In this document: in pieces, positions 1-13,699 of the stretch
Layout: each line of letters starts with the position of its first letter
Position numbering within the stretch: position 1 is the stretch's first letter
Assembly: GCF_000143415.4 (NCBI RefSeq)
Contig: NW_003314314.1
Span: forward strand, 132,318-196,317
Direction of reading: 5' to 3'
DNA: 64,000 nucleotides
DNA from: Selaginella moellendorffii
Lineage: Eukaryota > Plantae > Lycopodiophyta
Program-made: the position numbers and the translations under genes
Notes under the pieces: model-generated
What the model was told of the DNA's origin: nothing
Seen by the model: only the letters and a program-made list of their open reading frames with translations
Database searches by the model: none

Positions 1-3000
1 AGGACCTTACGGGTCTGTGGATTAACTAAGTCCAAAACTGCTGGATGACTCAAGTAGAGTCAACGGATGGTCCTAAAAGGACTGATGGAAGCATTTGGAC
101 TGAGGTGTGTTGTACCCCACAAAGGATGGGGGGGGATCATAGGATCCAAGGATGAGAACAGAGGGTATCTCATCGATGGCAAAATGTGCCATGCTAAAGT
201 TATGGGAAAGGTGTTCCCAGAAGAAAACAACTTTGATATAAAGTTGTGTGTGACCTCTATGGTGCAGTGCTAACGGATGGTTGGCATGAGAAAGAGCGGT
301 GTTGGTCTTGGCAAAGACTTAGACACGAAGGGGAAATGTCACAGAGGTAGGCTCGTGGAGCCGATGGTGTGGAAACACCAAATGTGCCAAGGTGTGATAC
401 CTTGAGGCTATGTTGGTGGGTTCATGAGAACCCCTTGCCAAAGGAATCCCAATGGAAATGGGAATAGCATAGCCTAAGCTGCAGAGCATGCAGTTGGAGT
501 GTGGTGACCCAGATAATGATGGAGGTGTGAAAGCACCAAGCAATGAGTTGTAAGACTTGACAACTATGAGGCAACTAAGCAAGAGGTGCAAAATAACTGG
601 TTAAACGGGTAGAAGGTAGCTACCCAAGACTTCTTAATAGCATAGGGAAGTTGGATATACCCTTACGGGGGATAAGTTGCTTGTGTTGCGATATAGTAAG
701 TCAATGTCATAAAAGGAAATACTCATTGTCAAGAAAGCCATCATTGGGACACCCGAACACTCTAGAACATCAGAAGGTGGTGTTTGATGTCGCGAGGGCA
801 ATGGATAAAGCCCAAGGGACTAAGTCCCTAGCGAATGATGGATAGAAGGTGCTATCCAAATGTCCAAGGTTGCGGAGACAAGAGAGGACTGTCTACCCGA
901 GTTGGACAAAGCCAAAAATGGAATTTTGGCAAGGCTAGTGATGGGCATGTAAAGGCCCATAAGCAACAACGTAATCCCGGTGTGTGGGATTATAGGGTGA
1001 GCATACCTGGATTGAGGAACCACTCCCTAGGCTATTGGGTAGGTTCATCCCTAAGAATACTTGCTAAAGCATGATAGAAAGTGCAAAGCTATCCTCCTGG
1101 TCTGGAGGAAAATGACCAAAGGAAAGGTGTGAAGCCAAAAAGCAAGAAGTAAGGGGATAGAACCGAACCGTAGGAATCAAAGGGCATAACCAAGGTTGGT
1201 TATGCCAGCTGGGAGTGGAGAATCAAGTGGGGGCTCGAGGGTGTTGCCGCTAGCAACCGTGATGCCATGGAGAGTCTAAAATATGGAATTGTCCATGTTA
1301 GACTATGTGGCATTTGGAAGGCTTGCAAAAAGGGAGGCCTTAGCAAGCTGAGGGACAGAGTTCCTTCAAGGTTCCCAAAGACGATTCTAGGTAGCTTAGT
1401 ACCTAGAAAGGCCAAGTGTAAATGGTTCATGGAACGCGCGAAATCAGAGTGGCGCAGCAGAAGCGTGGTCTTGAAGCTTGCCATGAGGCAAGGCTATCAA
1501 GGTTAGGGAAGTAGTTCCTGAGTGTTCAAAGAGAGGGCTTTGAACGAAAGTCGATGGTCAAGGACTTTCACGTTTATGCAGGAACCATGTTACAATGGTC
1601 GGAGGACTTGCCAAGCGAGATTGGCACGTCAGGGGAACAAATACCCTAGTTGAAGGTGATAACTTCAAAAAGGGTGGGCCATGGGGCCGAGCATGGAGGA
1701 GTCCATGCATGATCACAGACATGTCAAGTGAGAGGACTTGGCAGTGTGGAGGAACTAGGTTCCTAAGCTGTGATCTGTAGCGCGCTTTAAAAATAAGTTG
1801 GTGCACCGGCGTGGGGAGTCACGCCAGGCATCTTGTGTGATGCCGTCCGTAGATGCATATACGGAGGTTGGGTTCGAGTCCCGACCCTCTAGTGCTTGGG
1901 TTCGAGTCCCAAATCACTAGGGCGTGGTGATGGTTTGGAATATGAGGACACTCATATTTCGGTGGTCATGGACTCTCAGTGGGGAGACTGGTTTGGGCAC
2001 ACCGCCAAGCGAGGGATGCCTCGGAGTCGTGATGCACGGTTAGATTGCTTAGTGTGAAAGCTTAGCATATCTAACTTGAACGCTTTGGTGCAAGTGGCAC
2101 CAAGGACGTGGTGAGTGAGATAGGGACACCTAATCTCAGTTGCTATGAACCCTTGGCCGTAAGGGCTAGCTTGGGTGCACTGCCAAGTGTGGGGGACGCC
2201 CCCGGGGTTATAGTCAACCACTTGAAGGTCTAGAAGACCAAGTACCTCTTGGCAACTCTGTTAAGGTGCCAAGGTGAGATCATTAGGTGATCTTATGGCC
2301 AGATAAGGACAAGGTCCTTGTTTAGCTAAGGAATGAAGTTCCTGGTTCAAAATGTTGAAATTGAACTGTTTAAGGTGGTGTGGCTTGGTCGTGATGACCA
2401 AGTGGGAAGAGCACCTAAGGGAAATAAACTATGTCCGTGCGATGGCATAGTGAGTCCGAGGAAAGTAGTCTCTATAAAAGACCCATGGGAGGGTCACGAA
2501 GTTGGGCCGTGGATAGAGCCCATAGTAGAAGATGCTAAAGAGACGTACTAGGGGTGAACATCCTCCGGACTTGGCAAAGAAGAGTCTTTGCTATGGAACC
2601 GAAACAATACCTCAAGAAGGGAGGTAGAGATTCGATGATGCTTGGTGCAACAATCAACAGATAGGAGCAAAAGATGAGTGGCCAAGATAGGGCCGTGGAA
2701 TCCCTTGGAAGGAATCCAAGTGACAAAGTTAGGCGAGGAACACTAATGTGTTGGACGCTAACAAGTTGCGGGAAAGGAAGTGTGTTTCCAAGGAGGGATT
2801 CCGAAATGCTCCGATTTGGTGAAAGTGGAAGCTCCAAGGGAGGGAGCGGTAAGGTAGCCAAATGATAGGGCCATGAACAGCCCTAGCACAAAGTATGATA
2901 ACTGGAACTTTGGCACGAAATAGAAGAGAGGATGATGGTGCCCTCGAGTAGAGAACTTCCTAGGATGGGAAGTGGAGTTGCACAAAAAGGTGCAAGGCAA

Positions 3001-3422
3001 GGTGTCGGAGACACCTAGGAAATTGACTCCAAGAAGTCAAAATTCAAAGTTCCAAAGTGCAAAGGTTATATCGATGCAAATCGAGACTACTCGAGAAGGA
3101 GTAGTGGGATTGACTTAGAGAAGGGTCTCTAAGAGGTTTAGCGAGGACTAAACCAATAAAAGGAGAGAACCACTACATGTGGTCCAATCAGTCTCTAAGT
3201 TGGAGAGACTACCCTCCTTAGAGGATATGCAAAAGGCATGGTGAGCCTTCAATGTCCAACCATTGACGAATGTGGAGAAGGCATGGTGAGCCTTCAATGT
3301 CACACCATTGACAAATATTGGCTACGCGCCAAGGATGGAAATGGTAACACATGCGGGTGTTACTTTATAAAATGGTTCACCGTTCGATGAGGACATCGAA
3401 CTTCGTCTATGGGTGGTGGAGT
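1..3422 (+). mobile_element. 3' internal region of LTR retrotransposon family A (no recognisable intact coding), ending in PPT
   Basis: Gypsy-type tail tgaggacatcgaac...GGGTGGTGGAGT immediately precedes the LTR start TGTGAG at 3423. Confidence 0.6.
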
Positions 3423-5306
3423 TGTGAGACACAAAATCCCTAGGCCCCAAAGTGGAGCCAGAAGGGCGCCACATGGTAGTGGCCGAAACGAGAGCCAAAC
3501 GAGCGTAACACGTTTGGACCAAAAGCTCCGACTTGAAAAGTCAAGAGCGGGAGTGGAACTCCCAACGAAGTGCTCGAGGAACGAGCACGAAGCGAGCAAA
3601 AGGCAAGGCTCCAAAAAGGGACCCAAAAGGACCAACACATGACACGTGGGAGTGTCCGAGATGGACTCGAGTTGGAGTCCGAAGTGGAGTCCGAGATGGA
3701 CCCGAGTTGGAGTCCGAAGTGGAGTCCGAGATGGACCCGAGTTGGAGTCCGAAGTGGAGTCCGAGATGGACCCGAGATGGGGTCCGAGATGGAGTCCGAA
3801 GTGGAGTCCGAGGTGGACCCGAGATGGACCCGAGTTGGAGTCCGAGGTGGACCCAAGATGGACCCGAGATGGAGTCCGAGATGGAGTCCGAAGTGGAGTC
3901 CGAGGTGGACCCGAGATGGACCCGAGTTGGAGTCTGAAGTGGAGTCCGAGATGGACCCGAGATGGAGTCCGAGATGGAGTCCGAGATGGAGTCCGAGGTG
4001 GACCCGAGATGGACCCGAAATGGAGTCCGAGATGGAGTCCGAGATGGACCCGAGATGGAGTCCGAGATGGAGTCCGAGATGGACCCGAGATGGACCCGAG
4101 ATGGAGTCCGAGATGGAGTCCGAGATGGAGTCCGAGATGGAGTCCGAAGTCGAGACCGAGACCGGGACCGAGACCGGGACCGAGACCGAGACCGAGACCG
4201 AGATCGGGACCGAGACCGAGACCGAGGCCGAGGCCGAGACCGAGCCCGAGTCCGAGTCCGAATCCGAGTCCGAGTCCGAGTCCGAGTCCGAGTCCGAGTC
4301 CGGAGCCTGAGAGGGTGAAAGCCCAAAGCGTTCGTCTCCCAGACCCTGGGGGGTTTGGTGAGCTCCAAAAGTATAGTAGGGGGAGGACTGCAGTGGAGCC
4401 AGTTTGGCCAGGAAAGGCCAGTTTGGCCCAGGAAGGCCGGACCCAGTGTTGGGTGATGAGCTGCCCACTGGGAAGTCCAAGACTAGAGTGAACACGGACC
4501 GACAAGCGGGGTAGCTTGGTGAAGTGTTCAAGAGCCGGCTCTAGTTCCCCCGGGAGATCGACTGGCCGATGCTCCCAGTCCAAGTGTGGGTGGCACTACC
4601 TACTTGGACACCTGTCGTGGCTCAACGGAACCTCGCTCTAAGCCCATGGCTAGAGCACCTAAAGGCGAAAGGCGAGGAGAGTACCCAGGTGGCTCGCGTA
4701 AGGCCACGGTGTTCCGAAATGTTGTCCCGAAGGCCCAGACTGTGGAAAGGAAGAGGAATAGTCCTCTGAGGTAGTGACCAAGGACACAGTCGTGTGGTGA
4801 GGAAGTCCCAGAGGACCGTGGGACTTAGTGGTCGGGCCTGTGGGTCTCGATCTAGTGGCAGTGTTGGCAAACACGGCCAGGGGCAGAAAGGGACTTAGTG
4901 GGAACTGACAGAGGGATATTGGGGAAGGCTATTCCCCTTGTCGGTGGGCATCCTAAGGATGCTAAGGAGTGGATCTGAGACGACCACTCACGGATGGTTT
5001 GCCTAGTCTTGGAGAGCCAAGACGGTGATGCAAGTGGTAGTGGACTACCAGTGTGGCAAAGGTGATTGGGCATGGCCTTAGCGTAACGAGCTGCTATGTC
5101 GGTGGTACCTTTGAGTGTCGGTCATGGGATCAGACACGTGGAGCACTTGGACCAAGTGCAAATGTTGAGTGGCATGGATGCCATTCTCGGGGCTAGCAAG
5201 TCCCAAGTCCTGGATTGGACTTATGGAGGTGGTGAATGAGACTCCTCCAAGTGGTCAGAGGTGTGGTTAAGTGACTAAAGTAGAATGGAAAATTTAGTCG
5301 CTTACA
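3423..5306 (+). mobile_element. LTR, family A (~1.9 kb)
   Basis: TGTGAG...CTTACA termini with PPT upstream. The junction at 5306 interrupts sequence whose paralog at ~15944 has a different left flank. Diverged partial copies at 9540-11220, 32570-33178 and 59462-62040. Confidence 0.82.
3655..4302. repeat. CpG-rich minisatellite inside LTR A (11/12-bp CCGAGATGGAGT/CCGAGATGGAC units grading into 6-bp CCGAGA/CCGAGT)
   Basis: Directly visible tandem units; these explain the overlapping low-complexity ORFs. Confidence 0.95.
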
Positions 5307-6930
5307 CATTTATGATATTTTACAATATATGCCCAATGTACATAATAGGATGATGCTAACTAGGCATAATTATGCTAATTGTGAAATTTTGGAATTTGGT
5401 GAATATGAAGTTCTACTTGGACTTTTAATACAAAAAAATACACTAAGAATATTAGGAAATCCTCTTGATTGGAACTTTGGACACATCTAAAAATATTGTT
5501 GTTGAGAAGAAACAAATTAATATCCTTGCAAGGACTTTATATTGCCAAAATAACCTAGTGTTCTGGAGATTCTAGCATCTTTGTCAAGTTCTTCTAGTCA
5601 AGCTGGCCAGACTCACTAGTCTATTGGTATTTAGAAGTGCCCTTATAATAAAGTTGGTTGGACTCATTAGTCCCTCAGGGGGTTTTCTCTAGAATTTAAG
5701 AGCACTCGATTCCTCATGGTTGTCAAGAGTGTATAATAGAAGTATGTGATTTTTAAGTTTATGACTTTCTTCTAGCCAATTCACCAAATTCACTTAGGTG
5801 TTAGGACCAAAGATTACAGCCCAAGGGATCAAAGAAAAGTTAGATTAACATTGCTGATTGAAATGTTTGGGACAGTAAGAAAATCAAAGCCCTTGTGTTT
5901 TTAATTGCTTCTTTGTTCTTCATACTTCAACTATAGCTTTAAAGTTTTGCCTATAGACCTCATAACTAGAAGAGATCTTGCAGATGGTATGTGTTTAATA
6001 TTTTATTTATTGCCATAAAGGATCAAAGGACAATAATAATATTGATGGCAGAGGGAGAGAAAATACAAAAGAAAGCCTTAGGAAAAGTAAAGAATAATTG
6101 AGTAAGTGAGTGTTGTGATGGAAAATAATAAGTTTTAATCTTTAGGCAGCAGTGCTTCTTTGTACTCACTCATGTTGGTGTTGTTGGAGTTTTTGCTTCA
6201 CATAAATATCCTATTTAAATACTATTATTTATTAAAGAATTAAAAAACTATATCTTTAATCTAATTTTAAATCCATTTATATTTATTTAAAATATAAAAT
6301 TTTTATTACTTTTATTGTAACAAGTTCTATAAAGTTTTTAACATTAATTGGTATATTGAGAATTTTAAAATATCATTATTTTAATATTTTTAAGATAAAA
6401 TATATATTATTAGCAGCTAATACAATTGTAAAAAATTTAGTAGTTGTATACCAGTCTGGTGTTATACTTTTAGAATACCTTTATATTGTGTGTGTGTGTG
6501 TGTGTGTGTGTAACTAAATATATATTAAATTATAATATTTTCTCAAGAAACATAAAATAGTGAAACTAATAAAACTTTATTACCCATAAAAATTTGCTTT
6601 AAATATTAGCATTCTTGATTTCATAGATTTTAAGAACCCATAAAAATATAAACTTGCAACATAATAACTAAATAAAGGAAAATGTCAAAGGCCAAATGTA
6701 AAGAGTAAAAACAATCAATTAATAATCAAATTTCTACTTGGATTACAATTCTCAATTTAATCAGTATTTAGTAGGAACTTTTATTTATAATAACCAAACG
6801 AAGACAAGTGTTTCTACTTATCAATTTCCTATACAAGAGTATCTAAAAGAGTGCTTGTGTGTGGAGGCTGGTAAAATGTTGCAATGCTGATCTATCTATC
6901 AAACTGCAAGAAATTGCAGAGGTGAAGGGA
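5307..6930. repeat. Segmental duplication, copy 1 (paralog 15944-17652)
   Basis: Near-identical AT-rich sequence including a (GT)n microsatellite at 6488-6511 and ~17210-17234. Confidence 0.92.
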
Positions 6931-8113
6931 TCTTATACATTGTGATCATCCTTTTAAGAATGGTCATCAAATATTAATCCCAGGTCCTAGCAACTTATAG
7001 CAATTGTAAAAGTAAACTCAACTCTATTGGCAATATTAGATCATGACCATATATAATACTTTATATGGTAAAACACCCTATACCCCTATGATATACACAT
7101 ATTGAAGACATAAAAAATAACAATCCTAATCTCAATATTAAAAATTCTTATATATTGTGATCATCCTTTTGAAGGTTTAATGAGCTATTTCACCAAATCA
7201 TTCATTTGTGGATGATAAACACTTGTGAAAGTGTGATATATCCTTAATTAAGATGTCAAAATATAAAATACCTCATCCATAAATGTAGAACTATTGTCTA
7301 AGAAAATCAGCTCTAGATGAGATTGCTAAAACACCACTCAATTAAGGAGAAAGCATTTAATACCAGTCATAAATGTACTAGCATTAACACCAACTTCCAC
7401 CCACCAAGTAAAGTAGTAAAAAGCAATAATAACACACTTATTGATAGTAATTGACTATGAAAAAAGCCCTATCAAATAAAATGCCACCAATTCAATATCA
7501 AACTACAATTAACTCTAATTATCTTACAACAATAAAGACAGTATTATAAGTTTAGTACCAAACTCAACTATGCACATACCAAATAACATCATATCATATC
7601 TTTAACCAATAGAAAAATTTATATAACTTCTTAGTCATATGATGATATATCATATGCCTAACTTGAATAGAAGAGTTATTATGGGTGTGGAGAAAACATA
7701 GAATAAGGCACCACTAGCCTCAAATATGTATCAAAATTAGTCTTCACAAAGTAAAAATGGTCATCCTCAAGGTGATATTGAAAATATAAATATCAAAATA
7801 GCAAGTCTTCAATAACTAATATAGAATTCCTAAACCACCCACAAATCCTTCAAATCCAAAGCTTATCCTTTTGAGTCTCACAAAAGCTCCAGATCTTGTA
7901 GATATTGAATATCAAATACAACAACTGATAGTGATACAAAATCTTTGTTTAAAAACTCTACTAATGTTGAAACAATAGACTTGTCAAGAATATAAGAAGA
8001 GAGTAAAAAAAGGAGAGGAGGTCAAGAAAGAGTATAAGCATTACCTAGGACGATAAATAACCTCAAAATTATATAGTTGAAAGTTTTAGATCCTACTAAG
8101 TTGTAAAACTAGC

Positions 8114-8760
8114 TATAGCACACCTTATCTCTCTCCCCTTAAGCCAACTAAAAAAGGGGCCATTAATTAATAAAAGAGCTTTTAGTGGCTATTTTATCTC
8201 TATTTATCCCCCAAGATTCCAAGGATCCACGGTGATAGTATATCCAAATCTCATTTCATAATCACATATGTTACACTCATCCCCCCTTCAGAGATGTCAA
8301 TGTCCTCATTTACTATTGACTAATAACCCCTACTGAGCCAAGGGGAATCAACACCTCCATTTCTACATTGAATCTACTAATCCTTCCATTATATAGATTA
8401 GCTATTCCAAGAGAATTAACACCTCCATTTCCGTACTAAATTTACCAATCCTTCAATTGTGTAGATTAATTATTCCATGTGAGGCAACTAGTCATTCACT
8501 CGTACCATAGTCCCACGGTGGATACCTTCGTTCGTGGATGCTCTACCAAAAGGAAGGACGTACGCATGGATGCCCACTAATCAATAAGATTTGAACCCAT
8601 GCCATTTGCTCTGATACCGTACTATCTTTCTCCCATTAAACTAACTGGAAAAGGATGAAAGAGCCCTTAATGGTTATTTTATCTCCATTTATCCCCGAAG
8701 GTTCTAAGGATCCATGGTAACAATATATTTAAATCTCATCCTATGATCACATGCGCTAAA
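8114..8760 (-). mobile_element. TRIM (short LTRs ~160 bp, non-coding interior)
   Basis: Two short LTRs, Met-PBS complement gctctgatacc (~8608-8618), PPT complement ccccccttc (~8281), TSD ctagc/ttagc. Confidence 0.85.
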
Positions 8761-8949
8761 TTAGCAAAGTTCTTCCACTTTAATAATGAAAAGACTACAA
8801 CATAATCACCTTTTAACAATATCTAAAAACTATGCAAATACGCATAAATATTTTTGAAACTTTTGTTATCATAGAGTAGTTCACCTTCATTGGTTGCAAC
8901 GTATGGCTAATATACATAATAGAATTGTATTAACCAAACACAATCATGC

Positions 8950-9480
8950 TCTCTTACATCAACACACCTTTGAGATAATATCAAAAAGCATCTACAAAAG
9001 GTTGAGTGTAGTCAAAATACTCAAAAACTAGAAAAGTTATCAACACATCTTTGAGATGAATGCCTGTTCACAATCCCAAATTAGATGAAAAATAATATGA
9101 ACAACTTCATTAATGCTTGCAATGATAAAAAAAAGACAATAACATGAAAAAGATATTGCACCTTGCCAAAAAAGTGTTGCATATTGTTCACGCACTTTGG
9201 AGTAGAGAACTTCATAACATTTACAAGTTTGTCAAAATCAATTTGTAAATTTTCATGAAAAATATAATACTCAAGATATATGCATTTTAACCGTATCAAT
9301 GTCAAACTAACTTCCTATAACTGATCTCAATGTTTTACAAACACCACAAGTGTGTTCCTCCTATGGCCCCTTAAAGTGGATCAAGATATTATCAATGAAA
9401 TTAATAGTCACTTTTAACATATTGTAAAGAATATCATCCAAAAAGTATCCAAAGAATTATTCAATCTATACAGCATCATA
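8950..9480 (-). pseudogene. Decayed gypsy reverse-transcriptase fragment (paralog at ~58880-59400)
   Basis: FIDNILIH (YxDD-like) and PKCVNNMQHF(F/L)GKVQY thumb motif, with stops and frameshifts. Confidence 0.65.
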
Positions 9481-11343
9481 AAAAATTCATATAAATTAAA
9501 TGGGTTATAGAAAGTAATATTTAGAACATCCTCCTTATATAAGCAACTAAATCACTTAACCACACCTTTGACCATTTTGAGGAGTTTCACTCACCATTTT
9601 TATAAATTTTATTCCCATCTTAAGGACTTGCTAGCTTTATGAATGATTTGTATACCACTCAGCTTTTGCACTTGGTCCAAATGCTCCATATATTCAATCC
9701 CATGATAAACACCTAAAGATACCAATGACATCATCTTATTGCACTAAGGTTATATCCATTCACCTTTATCTAATTGGTAGCCTAAAACCACCTATACGAC
9801 AATGTTGTCTTCCAAAATGAGTGGTCATCTTATGACCACATCTTAGCATCCTTAGGATGCCCAAAGACATAGAAAACACCCTTCCTTAATATCCCTTTTT
9901 CAGTCCCTATCTAGTCCCTTTCCATACATAATTGTGCTTACCAACACTACCACTGGGTTAGGGCCTAAAGGCCTGACCACTAAATCCCATCCACCTCTAA
10001 AACTTCCTTGCCATGTGACTATATGCTTGGTCATTACACAAGAGGATTATTCCTTTTCCTTTCCACAATCTGGGACTTTAGGATAATATTTTGAAACACT
10101 ATAACCCAATGCGAACCTTGTGGGTACTCTCCCCACCTTCTGCCTCCAGGTGCCCTAGCCATGTGGCTAGAGCGAGGTTCCGATAAGCCATACTAGGTAT
10201 CCAAGTAGGTAGTAACACCTACACTTGTATGAGACACAAATCCTTAAACCCTAAACTCTAGACCATTTAAGCATTTTAAAGGAAATTAAAACCTTTCTAC
10301 CTTTGCTCTTCTTGCATCCTCAAACAATAGCTATCTAGAGTGGAGCCAAGAGGGTGCCATGTGGTAGTGGCTGAAGTGGAAGCTAAACAAGTGTAACACA
10401 TTTGGACTAAAAGCTCTAACTCGAAAAGTCGAGAGTAAAAGTGGAACTCCCATTAAAATGCTCAAGGAATAAGCATAAAGCAATTAATAAGCAAGCCTCT
10501 TGAAAAGGGAAACAAGAGGATCAACATATGACACATGGAAGTGTCAGAATTGAGTCCGAGATGGACCTGAGATAGAGTCCGAGAAGGAGTCCAAGATAGA
10601 GTCCGAATTGGAGTTTCAGAAAGATGCAAAATGGAATCCGAGATGGACCCGAAATGGACCCAAGATGGAGTCTAAAATAAAGTTTGAGATGGACCCAAGA
10701 TCGAGTCTAGATGGAGTCTAAGAAGGAGTCTGAGATGGAGCCCAAGATGGAGCCTAAAATGGAGCCTGAGACGGGGACCGGGACTAGGACCAAGATAGAG
10801 GCCGAGACCCAGACCGAGTCCAAGACTGTGTCCAAGACCTAGTCTAAATTTGAGTCTAAATCCGAGGTGAAAGCCCAAAGCAATCATTTCCCAAGTGAGC
10901 TTTAAAAGGATAGTAGGGGGAGGATTTCAGTGGAAATAGTTTGGCTAGTAAAGCCAGTGTGGCTAAGGAAGGTTATACCCACGTGGTGGGTGATAATATA
11001 ACCATTGAGGAGTTCAAGACTAAAGTGAATATGGATGGAAGTGGGGTAACTTGGTGAAGTGTTCAAGAACTAGCTCTAGCTCCCCCGAGAGATTGAATAG
11101 TCGATGCTCCCAATCTAAGTGTGGGTGGCACTACCTACTTGAATACCTGGCATGACTCATCAAAACCTTGCTCTAGCCACATGGCTAGGGCACCCAAATG
11201 TAGAAGGTGGAAAGAGTATCTATTAGGGCATTTCTTAGCCCCAACTATGGATCCATCCCTCACATATAACTCACAAAGCCACAATTTCAAACTCAACTAC
11301 AAGAGAAAATGGGGAGGACCCTTGATATTTCACCCTCGCATGG

Positions 11344-11813
11344 NNNNNNNNNNNNNNNNNNNNNNNNNNNNNNNNNNNNNNNNNNNNNNNNNNNNNNNNN
11401 NNNNNNNNNNNNNNNNNNNNNNNNNNNNNNNNNNNNNNNNNNNNNNNNNNNNNNNNNNNNNNNNNNNNNNNNNNNNNNNNNNNNNNNNNNNNNNNNNNNN
11501 NNNNNNNNNNNNNNNNNNNNNNNNNNNNNNNNNNNNNNNNNNNNNNNNNNNNNNNNNNNNNNNNNNNNNNNNNNNNNNNNNNNNNNNNNNNNNNNNNNNN
11601 NNNNNNNNNNNNNNNNNNNNNNNNNNNNNNNNNNNNNNNNNNNNNNNNNNNNNNNNNNNNNNNNNNNNNNNNNNNNNNNNNNNNNNNNNNNNNNNNNNNN
11701 NNNNNNNNNNNNNNNNNNNNNNNNNNNNNNNNNNNNNNNNNNNNNNNNNNNNNNNNNNNNNNNNNNNNNNNNNNNNNNNNNNNNNNNNNNNNNNNNNNNN
11801 NNNNNNNNNNNNN
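11344..11813. other. Assembly gap (others: 22935-23034, 24002-24891, 25874-25973)
   Basis: Runs of N. Confidence 0.99.
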
Positions 11814-13699
11814 ATTAGATACTCAAGAAAGTAGGAAAACAGGGAAAAAAGAGGTAAAAAGAGCAAAAAAACCAAATGGAAAGAAGCTCAAACACTCTGG
11901 AAAGTGAATATGCAAATGCAACCTCAAGCTCATATAGTTTGTGCTCAAAACTTTGGCTGAGAATGAAGAAGAAAACATAAGAACTATATTGCCGAATGGT
12001 GGTAACTATGAAATAAAAGATGAACTATAATGGAAGAAAGTGATGATAGGGGATCTTAGTAGATGGATGATATGATTGAGTGTGTCCAAGGATGGGCTCT
12101 AATCTGATGTAGTGAAATGTGAAGTCATAGCTACTGCTCACACCAAAAACTATTGGACTATTGCTCAAAAGGTGGCAAACTGCTTCACCTATGATTTGAG
12201 CTGGAAGAAAAGGGTGTTGGCTTTGTTGGCCACACCTTCGAAAGCAATTGGATGCCCTTTACAATCAGGCTATTCTACTAAAAGAAGAAATTAGTTCTAA
12301 AAAGAAGAAAGTTGCAGTATGTGACTAGTTCATTGAATATCTCACATGTTGTGCATGAGAATATCTTGATTTTTGTTTTTGCTTGTCTGGAAGAGCCTTT
12401 ATGATGAAGTGTTGTCCACAAATGTCTAGTATGAATGGATGATAAATGGTGGAAGATGTGAAAGATATTATTAGGTATGTGTAGTGTGTGGTAGAGAATT
12501 CTAGAGTATAGATGATATAGAATGGTGATGAAAATGTGAGGATGGAATTGATGTAGAGAAAAAAGCTAAAGAAATGAAGCACAAATCAACAAGAGTCGAG
12601 AAATTTTCATACAATCAATAATGCAGCTAGAGCGTGTTCATTAAAAGAGACTTTCTCCACATAATTCCTTGGCCTAAAAAAAGATGTAAAAAGAGTGAGA
12701 GCAAAAGAAAAACAAAAAAAAACAAAAAAAGTAAAAAAAATGAGTAGTGCAAGCAGCTTTTGTGATGGGTGATGATGATGGAAGTGCCAAGAGGATGCAA
12801 GGCATCCTATAGAAGGCCTAGAATGCCACTGAAACTGACTTAGTCACCCTCAAGTGCTAGATTGCATCAAAAATGCCTAAAGTGGTGAATAATGTCACTG
12901 TAAGAGAATCTAGGATGCTAGAACTACTTGGAAGGATGGGAGCCTCTTGAGGATGGTAGAAAGTGTCCCCAAGGACATATGGAAGTCATCATGTGTTACT
13001 AATGAAGTGTCGATAGTGTCAGAGAATGCTTTGAGTGTTGTAGTAGGATGAAGTTGGGATCCAGCCATGAACCTAAGTTTGGGAAGAGTTGAGATGAGGT
13101 GCCAAGTTGGGAGAAACTCCAAGGAAAAGTTGAGATGCTACTGGAAAATGCCTACCACCTTTATGTCATGGTCGTATCCCAAGTGAGTAGCAAGGTTGGA
13201 CTGCAGGTCTGGGGTGAGAAATGCCACCAAAAGTGTAGTCACTAAGCTGGAAAGTCAAAAGTGTACTCAAAGAGAGTGAAAAAGTTATGCTCTCCAAAGT
13301 GTTATTGATGCCTTGTGACCCTATTTCATTAACAGCTCCAAAACTACTATATAAATGCTAGAGTTAGAAAAGTGCTTGGAGAATCCACCACTTGGACAAA
13401 ATCCTCACTATGCTGCAACAAAGGAATTGATGTGAAATCCCTAGATGTGTTGAAGCCAAAGGATCTTTAGACTTGTGTAGTGATGGTAAAGACGTTAAGT
13501 GTTAATGTAGTCCAGTCCATGTTGAAGAAGTCAATCATATTGCAGTCAACAACTTAGATCTCCAACAGTGTGTCATCCTCGATAAGTTTCAGGAAAAAAA
13601 CCTTGAGAGCCTAGGCAACTTTAATGATGGAAGAAGCATCCACTTAAGATAAGCTAGATGGAAGTAGAGAATGATCATGGGTATTGAGAAGAGTTGCTG

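Larger units (their letters stand above)
7580..11343. repeat. Segmental duplication; empty-site paralog of 44012-44805 + 58241-62160
   Basis: Colinear match from aaataacatcat.tcatatcttt to caccctc.cat. The second copy carries the DNA transposon and a solo LTR as insertions. Confidence 0.92.

Noticed and set aside
1868-1912. tRNA genes at GGTTCGAGTCC motifs
   Set aside because: Only T-arm-like motifs are present; no cloverleaf could be built.
3360-4583. Long overlapping ORFs (SR-protein/collagen-like)
   Set aside because: They are by-products of a stop-free minisatellite inside an LTR, open in most frames.
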